Source: a virus
Taxonomy: Duplodnaviria > Caudoviricetes
Reading direction: 5' to 3' (one strand)
Length of the DNA stretch: 64,000 bases
Virus record (IMG/VR): IMGVR_UViG_3300033066_002392
Span: 5,121 to 69,120 of that record
This document shows, piece after piece, positions 18,359 to 27,676 of this stretch. Position numbers and translations under genes: made by a program. Below the pieces are notes generated by a model, which did no database searches, was not told where the DNA came from, and was given only the letters and a program-made list of their open reading frames with translations. Position 1 is the first letter of the stretch; the number at the start of each line of letters is the position of its first letter.

Positions 18359-18817
18359 GTGGGCAACGTCGCATCGAGCCTCGCCGTACCCGTCACCTTC
18401 AGTGTCGGCGACCGCGAGCTGCAAGTCTCCCCCTGGGTCCTGGAGATCCAGGCCCTCTTCGAGCGCTACCTCGAGAAGGAAGTCCTCGACGGCTTCCACC
18501 GCACCCAGCACCTCATGGACCCCGACCAGGCCGACAAGGTCGCCGCCAAACTGGCCAGCGACGTCGGGCTCGGCAAGTACACCTTCGGCACCGAGGCCGT
18601 GGGCGAGGCGCTGCGCAGCAAGAAGCACCTCAGCTACCTCTTCTTCCTCTCGGTGAAGAAGAACCACCCCGACGTCCAGTTGTCGCACGTGGCGCAGTGG
18701 GCCTCCGACCGGGACACCTGGGACCGCATGGTGCAGGCGATGAACCTGGCGAACTTCGACCCAAAAGGGAAGACGCCGGGGGAGAAGGAAGGGGCGCCGG
18801 GCCCTTCCCCGGCGTGA
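18359..18817 (+). CDS. Tail assembly chaperone (G-like); -1 frameshift product extends to 19017
   Basis: Position before the tape measure gene; overlapping -1 frame ORF ends at 19017. Confidence 0.75.
   Translation: MGNVASSLAVPVTFSVGDRELQVSPWVLEIQALFERYLEKEVLDGFHRTQHLMDPDQADKVAAKLASDVGLGKYTFGTEAVGEALRSKKHLSYLFFLSVKKNHPDVQLSHVAQWASDRDTWDRMVQAMNLANFDPKGKTPGEKEGAPGPSPA
18760..18815 (+). promoter_or_regulatory. Programmed -1 ribosomal frameshift signal
   Basis: In-frame slippery heptamer C CCA AAA (18760-18766), 6-nt spacer, hairpin ACGCCGGGG (18773-18781) / CCCCGGCGT (18807-18815). Confidence 0.7.
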
Positions 18818-19020
18818 CGCGCGGCGAGTCGCCGGCGCCCATCAAGGCCATCATCCGCAGGCTCCGCAGGGAGCCCTTCAACTGCAGCACCCGCGACATC
18901 CTCGACATGTCCCCGGCGATGATCCGGGACCTGCTCTCGTCCTCCGACGACGAGGGCGACCGGCGGATGGCGGGGCGGGTGCCGACCCTGCCGCCCCAGT
19001 CGCCCCACCCACGGTAAGCC

Positions 19021-21243
19021 ATGTCCTCCCACGTCACCGACCAGGCCGCGGCGCTCATCGGCATCAGCCACGCCGTGCAGAAGCTGGTCTCCCAGTTCGA
19101 CAACCTGGCGCTGTCGGCGTCCAGGGCCAACCACGCCCTCGACACCGTCGCCGACCTGGGCGCCAAGCTGCAGCACCGCAGCTGGCTGCTGGAGACCCTC
19201 GCCGGCCACGGCGGCGGGGGCGGTGGCGTCCTCGCGCCTGTGACCGTGTCCCGGGCCCAGGCCGCGCTGGCCGCCAGGGCCGGCGGGGGAGGGGGCGGGG
19301 GAGGGGGAGGTTCGGGAGGGGCGGCCGTGATACTGCCGACCGGCGGGCCGGCGCCTGGCTACCCCAGTGGCAACCTCGACTACCCGCCGGCGATCGCCGA
19401 GCCGGGCTACTCCCCGGCGTCCAACCTCTCCGAGGCCGACCAGGAGTACCTGCGCAACGTCGAGTCGACCCGGCCCTCCGCGAGGCGGGCGGTCGACGAG
19501 ATCGTCAAGCTGGTGGAGGCGGGGGCCGCCAAGGTGGCGGCCGTCGACCCGGGCCGGGCCGCCTGGAACAAGAGGTTCAAGGACCAGCAGGCCGTATCGG
19601 ACCCCGTCGGCGACGCCGAGATCCTCGCCCTCAAGGCCTCCGGCCGCGCGGCGTGGAACAGGCGGTTCCGGCAGCAGCAGACGCCCTCCCCCGGCGTCGG
19701 CCCGCCGGGCTACCCCGACGACCTGACGGAGCACTACTGCAAGCACTGCGAGGGGCTACTCCCCGTGGGCGACAACGCGGACGGCCTGCACGAGCGCTGC
19801 GCCCTCGAGATCGACGAGAAGGAGGCGGTGCGGGCCAGGGCCGCCCGGCAGCTGGCCGACGCCGCCGGGGGCGTCGGCAACCGCATGTACGACCTGCCGG
19901 AATCTCCCCCCGGCGTCGACTTCGGCGACACCGGCGGCCTGGGCGTCGCACCCGGGCGCAAGGCCGGCAGGCGGAAGTCCGAGTACTCCGCCCTCTCCGG
20001 CAAGGGCGCCGCCGCGCTGGCGGGCGCCCAGCGGGCGCGGGCCGACGCCAACAAGGAGGGCCGCGAGCTCGCCAAGACGTTCGGCGGCATCAACCAGGCC
20101 GGCAGGCTGCTGCTGGCCAACTTCGGCGAAATCTCCAAGAAGACGCTCCTCTACACCAGCACCTCCCTGGAGGCCGCCTCGCCCGACGCGATGAGCACCC
20201 TGGCCGGGAGCTTCAAACTCCTGTTCGCCCAGGTGGGCACCACCCTCGTCGAGCCCACGGCGCGCCTGGCCTACGCCGTGCAGGAGGCCTCGCGCGGCTT
20301 CGACGGACTCAGCCCGGCCGTCAAGAAGCTGGTGGGCGGGCTGCTGGTGGCCGGCGCCGGCGCCTCGGCGGTGGGCATGTTCCTGAAGGCCAGCGGCCTC
20401 GCCGCCCTCGGCAGGGTGGCCTGGAACGCCGCGCCAGCCGGCACCGGCGGTTACCTCGGCAAGGCCGGCGCCGTCGCCGCCGGGGCGGGGGCCCTCTACG
20501 GCGGCGCGCGGTACTACATCGACAAGCTGGACGACGAGCACCAGGCCAACGTCGACCACAAGGTCTCCCTCGTCGGCGGGCCCTACAAGGCGCCGGCCGA
20601 CCTGCTCGCGGAGAAGAGCCTCGGCGGCAGGTCGTACGCCCAGTACAAGGAGCTCTACGACTCCGACACCACGCCGGGGAAGGCCAACTTCCGGGCGGAG
20701 ATGAACAAGCTCCGGCTGCAGAGCCTCGACACCGCCCGCATGCACCGCGCCCGCTACGAGGCGCTGGAGCAGCCGCCCAACTACAACGAGGCCGACGGCG
20801 GGGTTTCTTCCTGGATCGGTAAGTTCATCGCCAACTCCAAGTCGGAATACAATAAAAGGTTTCACTCCGACGACATCGCGCGGGAGGCCTCGCTCGCGGA
20901 GAAGTACGGCGTCGAGCAGCTGAAGCTGACGCAGATGACGCACTACCTGATGAGCGGCGGCAGCAAGATGCCGGCCATGGACCGCAGGGCCAAGGCGGCG
21001 CAGGACAACTCGGTGATGGCCGCCCACGGCCTGCTGCTGGACATCCAGTCGCGCACCCAGCCGAGCTACAACTCCGTCGAAGACATCTACAAGAAGGTGC
21101 AACTCGAGGCCCTGGCGGAGTCGCCGCTGCAGCAGGAGATCCGCGAGATCCAGCGCCAGCAGCTGGAGGTGCTCGTCAAGTCCTCGGACTACCTCAAGGG
21201 CCTCTTCGAGAGGCACGGACTCATGGGGCTGCTGACGCCGTAA
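19021..21243 (+). CDS. Tape measure protein (740 aa)
   Basis: Long Ala/Gly-rich helical ORF after the chaperone, with hydrophobic segments (LLVAGAGASAVGMFL). Confidence 0.75.
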   Translation: MSSHVTDQAAALIGISHAVQKLVSQFDNLALSASRANHALDTVADLGAKLQHRSWLLETLAGHGGGGGGVLAPVTVSRAQAALAARAGGGGGGGGGGSGGAAVILPTGGPAPGYPSGNLDYPPAIAEPGYSPASNLSEADQEYLRNVESTRPSARRAVDEIVKLVEAGAAKVAAVDPGRAAWNKRFKDQQAVSDPVGDAEILALKASGRAAWNRRFRQQQTPSPGVGPPGYPDDLTEHYCKHCEGLLPVGDNADGLHERCALEIDEKEAVRARAARQLADAAGGVGNRMYDLPESPPGVDFGDTGGLGVAPGRKAGRRKSEYSALSGKGAAALAGAQRARADANKEGRELAKTFGGINQAGRLLLANFGEISKKTLLYTSTSLEAASPDAMSTLAGSFKLLFAQVGTTLVEPTARLAYAVQEASRGFDGLSPAVKKLVGGLLVAGAGASAVGMFLKASGLAALGRVAWNAAPAGTGGYLGKAGAVAAGAGALYGGARYYIDKLDDEHQANVDHKVSLVGGPYKAPADLLAEKSLGGRSYAQYKELYDSDTTPGKANFRAEMNKLRLQSLDTARMHRARYEALEQPPNYNEADGGVSSWIGKFIANSKSEYNKRFHSDDIAREASLAEKYGVEQLKLTQMTHYLMSGGSKMPAMDRRAKAAQDNSVMAAHGLLLDIQSRTQPSYNSVEDIYKKVQLEALAESPLQQEIREIQRQQLEVLVKSSDYLKGLFERHGLMGLLTP

Positions 21244-21244
21244 C

Positions 21245-22318
21245 ATGCCGCAAATCGAAGTGCCGGGCCAGGGCGTCGCCACCTACTCCGAGATCCCGGA
21301 GGGCTCGCCCGTCTACACCCTCGCCAACGGGACGACGCGGGTCGACCGCACCTTCCGCGTGGACTGGGACAAGCGGGAGCTCTTCTGCCGGGGCGTCCTC
21401 GGCTTCCCGAAGATCAAGAACACGAAGGACGACCCGGACGCCGCCGACAACGTCGCCTACATCACCCGCTTCAACCCCCAGGCGATGCCCAACTTCAAGG
21501 ACCCGACGGGCTCCGAGAACTGGCTCTACGCCGTGGGGGTCTCGAGGATGGTGGGCGCGGGGCCGCGGGGCGTCTACGACGACAGCGGCGTCGCCCGGTA
21601 CCAGTACGCCCTGGTCACCGTCCAGTACGAGTCGCTCACCTACAAGGTGCTCGAGGACGACGAGCTCATCGCCACCGCCGAGTCGGCCGGCTACCCCAAC
21701 GTCCTCCCCATCGCCGACGAGTCCACCCTGCTGCGCTACGTCACCCGCGTGACGAAGCCCTCGGCGGAGTACATCACCCTGCCCCGCGGCATCATGTACT
21801 GGTTCCTCCCCGGCGCCTCCCCGATGCCGAAGGTCGACTTCGCCAACGCGCGGCTGGTGCCCAGCCAGGAGATCACGTACACCTGGCACCAGGTGCCGTT
21901 CCAGCCGGCGGCGGCCACCAGCCACATCGGCAGCGTCAACCTCCTGCCCTTCCGCGATTCCAACAAGACTTACAACCCCGGCACGCTCCTGCTGCTCAGC
22001 GCCGAGATGAAGCCCTACCGCACCGCCGTCGGCGCCTTCGTCAACGACGTGACGTACCGCATGAAGTACTTCGAGCCGCAACCCGGCCGCGGGCACAACT
22101 TCTTCCTGCGCTACAACAAGTCCACCAGCTCGCTGTCCTACGTCAAGCTCACGTCGCGCGAGGCCAACGACTCCCTGGCCATCGGCACGTCGCCCGAGGA
22201 ATTGGATGCGCCCGGCACCGGGCCGTACACCGCGTCGCAGGGCCCCGGAGCCTCCACCGGCGTCTACCCCTACAAGGATTTCCGCGAACTGTTCCTGCTC
22301 AAGGCCCTCCCCTCGTGA
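21245..22318 (+). CDS. Putative distal tail/baseplate protein
   Basis: Position right after the tape measure gene; beta-rich. Confidence 0.55.
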   Translation: MPQIEVPGQGVATYSEIPEGSPVYTLANGTTRVDRTFRVDWDKRELFCRGVLGFPKIKNTKDDPDAADNVAYITRFNPQAMPNFKDPTGSENWLYAVGVSRMVGAGPRGVYDDSGVARYQYALVTVQYESLTYKVLEDDELIATAESAGYPNVLPIADESTLLRYVTRVTKPSAEYITLPRGIMYWFLPGASPMPKVDFANARLVPSQEITYTWHQVPFQPAAATSHIGSVNLLPFRDSNKTYNPGTLLLLSAEMKPYRTAVGAFVNDVTYRMKYFEPQPGRGHNFFLRYNKSTSSLSYVKLTSREANDSLAIGTSPEELDAPGTGPYTASQGPGASTGVYPYKDFRELFLLKALPS

Positions 22319-23553
22319 CCGCACCCCTGGCGCCGCGCTTCCGGCCCGGCGAAATCATCTCCGCCTCCAAGCTCGACGAGCTCGGCCAGCTCGCCGAGCA
22401 GGCGCTGCGCGTGCGCGGCGGCGCCGACGCCTACTCCGGCGGCGCCGGGCAGAGCTTCTCGTCCCCCGGCCCGCAGAGCTTCTGGGCCCGCACCGACGGC
22501 ACGCGCGGCGGCGCGGGGCCCTTCGCCCACGGCTTCACCGAGGTGCAGGAGGCCGCCCTCGACGACGGCACCTTCGTCGAGAAGACCGACGGCGTCTCGG
22601 GCACGGTCACCGCCTCGCCGCTCTACGAGGTCAACGGCCAGGTGCTCGCGGCGAACACCGTCGTCCGCGCCTGGAAAGGCTACGGCGACTACTACCTCTG
22701 CGTCATGCCGGCCGTCACGCCCGCCGGCGGCGGCAGCGCCACGTGGTACACCTCCTACCAGCACCTCACGGAACCCACCTGTAGCGTGGGCGACGTGGTC
22801 CCCCCCGGCGCCCAGATCGCCACGATCGCCCTGCAGGACGGCGGGGGCCACCTCCACTTCGGCCTGGGCGACGGCCAGAACATCGGCAGCTCCACGGGCT
22901 CCGGGCCCTCCGTCATCCTGAGCGTGACGGGCCAGACGCAGGAGGTGGCGGACTGGTTCCCCTTCCCCTACGTCAACACCCGCGACCCCTCGGCCCCCGG
23001 CCCGGCCCTCCCCTCGGCGTTCTCCCCCGGGCAGCTGGCCTGGATCAAAGCCAGGACCTCCTCCCCCGTCGGCGACGCCGCCGGCTGGGTGGCGCTGCTG
23101 GGCAGCCCCTTCCACGCGAGCTACGAGTACTACTGCCTCGACCTCAACCTCCTGCCCCTCGCCGCGGAGGGTGACGTGGGGCACGCGGTCTACAACGCCT
23201 GCACCGGGGCCGACGTCGAGACGGTCTGCGTCCTGAAGGCGGAGCTCAGCAACGGCTGGATCTGCGTGCTGCGCCACAACGGCAGCGGCTCGGGGCCAGT
23301 GTACGGCGACACCTTCATCAACAACTTCTACCTCTGGGTCGACGGCGGGGACTCCCCCACCACCTACACCACCGACGTGGTGACGAACGTCTGCCCCGAG
23401 CTGGGCGAGACGCTGGAGTGGGTGGTCGACGAGCTCCCCGCGCACTCCGACTCCCCGGGCACGGCGGGGCAGATCTGCTTCGACCGCGAGTACGTCTACA
23501 TCTGCGTCCGGGACGGCACCTGGGTGCGGGCCGCCGTGGAGGACAGCTTCTAG
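22315..23553 (+). CDS. Minor tail protein with a circularly permuted M23 peptidase-like domain
   Basis: YQHL..SVGDVV..GAQIA..HLHF precedes H-x8-D (FHASYEYYCLD)..AVY..VLRH; short C-terminal PGTAGQICFDREYVYIC motif. Confidence 0.6.
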   Translation: MTAPLAPRFRPGEIISASKLDELGQLAEQALRVRGGADAYSGGAGQSFSSPGPQSFWARTDGTRGGAGPFAHGFTEVQEAALDDGTFVEKTDGVSGTVTASPLYEVNGQVLAANTVVRAWKGYGDYYLCVMPAVTPAGGGSATWYTSYQHLTEPTCSVGDVVPPGAQIATIALQDGGGHLHFGLGDGQNIGSSTGSGPSVILSVTGQTQEVADWFPFPYVNTRDPSAPGPALPSAFSPGQLAWIKARTSSPVGDAAGWVALLGSPFHASYEYYCLDLNLLPLAAEGDVGHAVYNACTGADVETVCVLKAELSNGWICVLRHNGSGSGPVYGDTFINNFYLWVDGGDSPTTYTTDVVTNVCPELGETLEWVVDELPAHSDSPGTAGQICFDREYVYICVRDGTWVRAAVEDSF

Positions 23554-23555
23554 CC

Positions 23556-24110
23556 GTGAAGGTCGTCAAGCACATCACCGTCGAGAAGCGCACCGTCACC
23601 CTGGCCCTGGGGTCATCCATCGGGGCCGCCGCCTGCGCCGTGGACCCGGTGGGCTGCTGCTCCTCGGCGTCCGGCAGCGGGGCCTCCGGCAGCGGCGCCT
23701 CGGGCAGCAACGCGTCGGGGAGCGGAGGGTCCGGCGGCGCCGGCAACGAGTGCTGTTCCACCGGCGAGACGCCCTTCGGCGACTCCCGCGGCGTCACCCT
23801 GGCCAACATCTCCAACATGGCGTGCCTCCACGGCGCGACCAGCGCCATCAGCCGCGCCGGCCCCGGGCCCTGGACGTCGGTCGTCAACATCCCCGTCTGC
23901 AACCCGATGGGCCCCCTCAACCTGCAGCTGTACTGCTCGGAGGACGTGTGGACGCTGAACTACGACTTCGCCGACAGTTGCGTCCCCCCCGGCGCGGCCA
24001 CCTTCGTCTCCGCGAGCTGCGACCCCGTCGAACTCGTCTTCACCATCTCCACGGGCGGGGGCTGCGGCGCCAGCGGGTCGCCGTCGTCCTTCCGCGTAAC
24101 CATCGCGTGA
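23556..24110 (+). CDS. Cys-rich tail-associated protein with a Ser/Gly linker
   Basis: GTG start after the preceding stop; GCC..SGSGASGSGASGS..ECC. Confidence 0.6.
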   Translation: MKVVKHITVEKRTVTLALGSSIGAAACAVDPVGCCSSASGSGASGSGASGSNASGSGGSGGAGNECCSTGETPFGDSRGVTLANISNMACLHGATSAISRAGPGPWTSVVNIPVCNPMGPLNLQLYCSEDVWTLNYDFADSCVPPGAATFVSASCDPVELVFTISTGGGCGASGSPSSFRVTIA

Positions 24111-24114
24111 CCCC

Positions 24115-25320
24115 ATGCCCAGGCCCTGCTCCAGAGACCACGCCTACGACCCCGCCCGCTGCCGGGGCTGCCTGGAGTGGGGCACGATGACGCCGGCGGC
24201 GACCGGCACGGGCGTGCCCACCGCCCTGCCGGTCGCTTCCTCCTACCCCGAGTGCGTCCACCTCGGCGGCCCCACCGGCGAGCTGGCTATCTGCGACTCC
24301 TGCACCGGCAGGGTGCAACTGAAGGTGATGTCGTGCGGCGTCCACGGCGGCTGCCTGCCGGGCCCGAAGCGCTCCCCCGGCGTGGCCACCTGCAGGGGCT
24401 GCCGCGACGTCGCCTACACCGCCTGCCCCCGCGTCACCCGCGTCGACCGCAAGGCCCTCGAGGCCGTCGACGGGGTCAGCGCGGCCGCCGACGCCCGCTT
24501 CAACCCCAGCATCTTCCGCTTCAAGGGCGAACTACTCTACGCCTACCGCACCGGCTGGGAGGGCGCGCAGATCCACGTCGCAACCCTCAGCGAGAACTAC
24601 GTCCCCCTGAGGGCGAAGTCGCTGGACCTCTGGCACCCCAGGGCGTCCTACGGCCGCGAGGACCCCAGACTTTTCACCTTCGGGGGCAGACTCCACGTCT
24701 CCTACGTCGGCGTCCTGGGCGGCGCCGGGGGCATCACCACCCACCAGATGTACGCCAGGCTCTCCGACGACCTCGCCGTGGAGGAGGTCTTCCACCCGGA
24801 GTACGCCGGGAGGCAGGCCTGGGAGAAGAACTGGGCCTTCTTCGAGGCGCAGGACTCCCTCTACGCGGTCTACTCCGTCTCCCCGCACGTCATTTTGAAG
24901 GTAGACGGCAACTCCGCGGCCCGCGCGTACGAGACGCCCTACCCCGGCCCCTGGAGCGGGGGCCACCTCCGCGGCGGGGCGTCGCCCCTGCTCGTCGGCG
25001 ACCGCTACTACCACTGGTTCCACGGCGCCAAGCAGGCCGCCGGCTGGCGCATCTACAACGCCGGGCTCTACTCCTTCCGGGCGGACCCCCCCTTCGACGT
25101 CCTCTCCTACACCCCGGACCCTATCTCCTGGGCCGACCTGCGCACGAAGCCCCGGGACGTGTGGGCGGCGGTCATCTTCCCCTGCGGGGCGGTGCTGGAG
25201 CGCGGCAGGTGGAGGGTGTCGATGGGCTGGCACGACAGGCAGTGCGAGGTGTGGGAGTACGACGCCGCGCACGTGGCCAAGCTCCTCCGGGACGTTGTGC
25301 CTAAACCCGCGGCTACTTAA
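24115..25320 (+). CDS. Cys-rich N-terminus plus GH130/PH1107-like beta-propeller glycosidase
   Basis: FNPSIF, REDPRLF, EKNWAFF, HLRGG, VIFPCGA..VSMGWHD. Confidence 0.7.
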   Translation: MPRPCSRDHAYDPARCRGCLEWGTMTPAATGTGVPTALPVASSYPECVHLGGPTGELAICDSCTGRVQLKVMSCGVHGGCLPGPKRSPGVATCRGCRDVAYTACPRVTRVDRKALEAVDGVSAAADARFNPSIFRFKGELLYAYRTGWEGAQIHVATLSENYVPLRAKSLDLWHPRASYGREDPRLFTFGGRLHVSYVGVLGGAGGITTHQMYARLSDDLAVEEVFHPEYAGRQAWEKNWAFFEAQDSLYAVYSVSPHVILKVDGNSAARAYETPYPGPWSGGHLRGGASPLLVGDRYYHWFHGAKQAAGWRIYNAGLYSFRADPPFDVLSYTPDPISWADLRTKPRDVWAAVIFPCGAVLERGRWRVSMGWHDRQCEVWEYDAAHVAKLLRDVVPKPAAT

Positions 25321-25331
25321 CCTCGGCGGCG

Positions 25332-25484
25332 ATGAACGAGCAACTCCTCAAGGGCCTGGTGCTCAAGGTCGAGTTCCCCCAGGAACTCTTCTCCGCGGCG
25401 TGGTTCGACGGCCTGCGCACCGGGCTCGCGGCCGGCGCCCTCGTCGGCCTGCTGGCCGCCTACCTCCTCTTCGGGCGAAAATGA
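25332..25484 (+). CDS. Small membrane protein, 50 aa
   Basis: Manual translation MNEQLLKG...LAAGALVGLLAAYLLFGRK; stop overlaps the next ATG (ATGA). Confidence 0.65.
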   Translation: MNEQLLKGLVLKVEFPQELFSAAWFDGLRTGLAAGALVGLLAAYLLFGRK

Positions 25485-26251
25485 CAAGAGACAGACTGCT
25501 CGCCCTCCTGCTCCTGGCCGGGGCGGCGTGGTACTTCTTCCTGCGCCAGGACGCGGACGCGCCTCCCCCGGCGCCACCCGCCGTGCCGGCGCCCGTCAGC
25601 CCCTGCGGGCCGGACGGCCCGTGCCCGAGGCCGAAGCCCGTGAGGCCCTGGGGCCCCAGGCGTGAGGCGTCGGTCGACGCCTTCGTGGGCGGCCCGGTGA
25701 CCCCCGACGGCGTCGAACTGCAGATCGACCTGCCGGGGGAGCTGCACCGCAAGAACACCTCCAGCCGCGGCCTCGGCAACTGCGTCTTCACCAGCATCCA
25801 CCACGCGGCGCTGTGGCAGAACGTCCCCGCGCTGCAGGAGTTCCCCAAGTGGCTCATCGACAAGGGGATCCCGGGCGGCGGCTACCCGGAGAAGGTGGCC
25901 GACCTCATCCCCAAGATCGCCAGGGACAGGGGCCTCCCCGTGCCGGAGTACATCCAGGTGGAGGGCGGCGACCTGGAGGTGCTGAAGCTGGCCGCGAAGA
26001 CCGGCCGGCTGCCCTGCGTCACCTACTCCTTCAGCCCCACCGGCCGCTACGGCGGGCAGAGGATCGCCCACATGGTCAACTCGCCGGCGTGCGGGGCCGG
26101 CGGCAGGTACTGGGCAATCCTGGATAACAATTATCCGGGATCCCAGCAGTACGAATTCCTCACCGAGGCGGAGTTCTCCCGCACCTACGCCCCGGGCTGG
26201 GCGGTCATCCTGCTCAACCCCGGGCCGCCCCCACCACCGAGATCGAAGTGA
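25481..26251 (+). CDS. Signal-anchored papain-like/C39-like cysteine peptidase; endolysin candidate
   Basis: N-terminal hydrophobic anchor; GNCVFTSI (Cys), IAHMVN (His), AILDNN (Asp/Asn). Confidence 0.55.
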   Translation: MTRDRLLALLLLAGAAWYFFLRQDADAPPPAPPAVPAPVSPCGPDGPCPRPKPVRPWGPRREASVDAFVGGPVTPDGVELQIDLPGELHRKNTSSRGLGNCVFTSIHHAALWQNVPALQEFPKWLIDKGIPGGGYPEKVADLIPKIARDRGLPVPEYIQVEGGDLEVLKLAAKTGRLPCVTYSFSPTGRYGGQRIAHMVNSPACGAGGRYWAILDNNYPGSQQYEFLTEAEFSRTYAPGWAVILLNPGPPPPPRSK

Positions 26252-27252
26252 TGCTCCACCGACTCCTGATTCTCAGCGCCTTGATCGCCTGCGTCGGCTC
26301 CCTGCACGCCCAGTGCCCCGGCGGGCGCTGCGGCCCGCCCGCGTTCGCACCGGCACAGCCTTCCTTCCTCCCCCCGGCGTCTTATCAGCCATTCCACGCC
26401 CCGGCGGCACCCGCCCCGGCGCAGTATTCGTGGGTTTCCGACGGCGACGGGGGCTACGCCCTCTTCCTGGGCGACGTGCAGGCGGGCTGGCAGGACAAAT
26501 TCGGTACTTACTACCGCCGGCTGGGCAAGAACCGCTTCACGGAGGCCGAAACGCCCCCGGTTTCAGCCCCCGCCGCGGCGAAAGTCGCACGCCGGGGGAG
26601 TTGCTGCCCCGCCTCCGGCTGCAAGTGCGACCCGGACGACTGCCAGTGCGGCAAGACGAAGGGGCTGTGCTGCGACGGCTGCAACTGCGCGGTCAACTCG
26701 CACGTGAAACTCGTCGGCGACGACATGAACTTCGGGGTGGAGACCGACAAGCTCGGGAAGTCGCCGACTTACACGAAGAACGGCCGGAAGTGCTCCAAGA
26801 AGGACGTCATCGAGGCCCTGGAGAAGGGGCTCGTGGACGACTCCTCGCTGCCGAGGCTCACGGTCATCGGGCCGGAGGGCGAGCGGAAGCGGGTGCTGGC
26901 CGACATGGACTCCTCCCCGGCGCTTTCGCCCTTCAAGGGGCGATTCCTGGTGCAGTCCTACGCCCCGGACAACTGGGCCCTGCAGAACATGGGCTTCGTC
27001 ACCACGGGCAGCCCCACCATCTACGCCCAGCGCGCCGACGGCGTCGTCCTGCACCGCCAGGACGGCTACGACGGGCCCGAGAAGCTGGCGGCGGCCCTCC
27101 GGAAGGCCGACCCGGCCTACGACAAGGCGAAGGACCCGGACCTGGCGAAGCCCTCCCTGCTGAATTTCGACTTCAAGTCACTCCCCTGGCCCGGCATCGC
27201 CCTCGGCGGGCTGGCCGCCCTCCTCCTCCTGCGCAAAGGCGACGCGAAGTAA
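26248..27252 (+). CDS. Secreted protein with Cys-rich segment and C-terminal membrane anchor
   Basis: Signal peptide followed by QCPGGRCG (planctomycete-like); C-terminal IALGGLAALLLL. Confidence 0.6.
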   Translation: MMLHRLLILSALIACVGSLHAQCPGGRCGPPAFAPAQPSFLPPASYQPFHAPAAPAPAQYSWVSDGDGGYALFLGDVQAGWQDKFGTYYRRLGKNRFTEAETPPVSAPAAAKVARRGSCCPASGCKCDPDDCQCGKTKGLCCDGCNCAVNSHVKLVGDDMNFGVETDKLGKSPTYTKNGRKCSKKDVIEALEKGLVDDSSLPRLTVIGPEGERKRVLADMDSSPALSPFKGRFLVQSYAPDNWALQNMGFVTTGSPTIYAQRADGVVLHRQDGYDGPEKLAAALRKADPAYDKAKDPDLAKPSLLNFDFKSLPWPGIALGGLAALLLLRKGDAK

Positions 27253-27512
27253 TGATGACCGACCTCGTCCCCTACCTCATCGGCGCGGCCCTGATGCTCG
27301 TCAGCCACCGGCTCGGCATCAAGCTGCCCCTCATGCCGGACCCCACCCCCGTCGCCCCGGTGGCCCCCGCGCCCGGAGGCTCCGCCGACGTCGAGGCCAG
27401 CGAGTTCCTGGCCTGGGCGCTGAAGGTGAAGGCGGGCGTCATCCGCCTCGACGACCACGACAAGGAAACCCTCAAGCTCATCTCCACCGCGCTCAAGGAA
27501 ATCTACCCGTGA
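27252..27512 (+). CDS. Small membrane-associated protein
   Basis: Overlapping start/stop tiling; N-terminal hydrophobic helix. Confidence 0.6.
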   Translation: MMTDLVPYLIGAALMLVSHRLGIKLPLMPDPTPVAPVAPAPGGSADVEASEFLAWALKVKAGVIRLDDHDKETLKLISTALKEIYP

Positions 27513-27676
27513 AAGACTACCTCTCCGGCTACAAGACTTACATCGGGGCACTGGGCTTCGTTGCCCTGGCCGTCTACTACGGCTACCTCGGCCAGGGCGA
27601 CAGGGCCACCGAGATGGTGCTGGCCGCGCTCGGCCTCGTCGGGCTGCGGGGCGCCGTGGAGAAGGTGAAGGAGTGA
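27509..27676 (+). CDS. Holin-like protein, 55 aa, two TM helices
   Basis: Manual translation VKDYLSGYKTYIGALGFVALAVYYG..VLAALGLVGLRGAVEKVKE; charged C-terminus. Confidence 0.65.
   Translation: MKDYLSGYKTYIGALGFVALAVYYGYLGQGDRATEMVLAALGLVGLRGAVEKVKE

Noticed and set aside
23580-23750. TCCGGCAGCGG-type short repeats
   Set aside because: Explained by an encoded Ser/Gly linker
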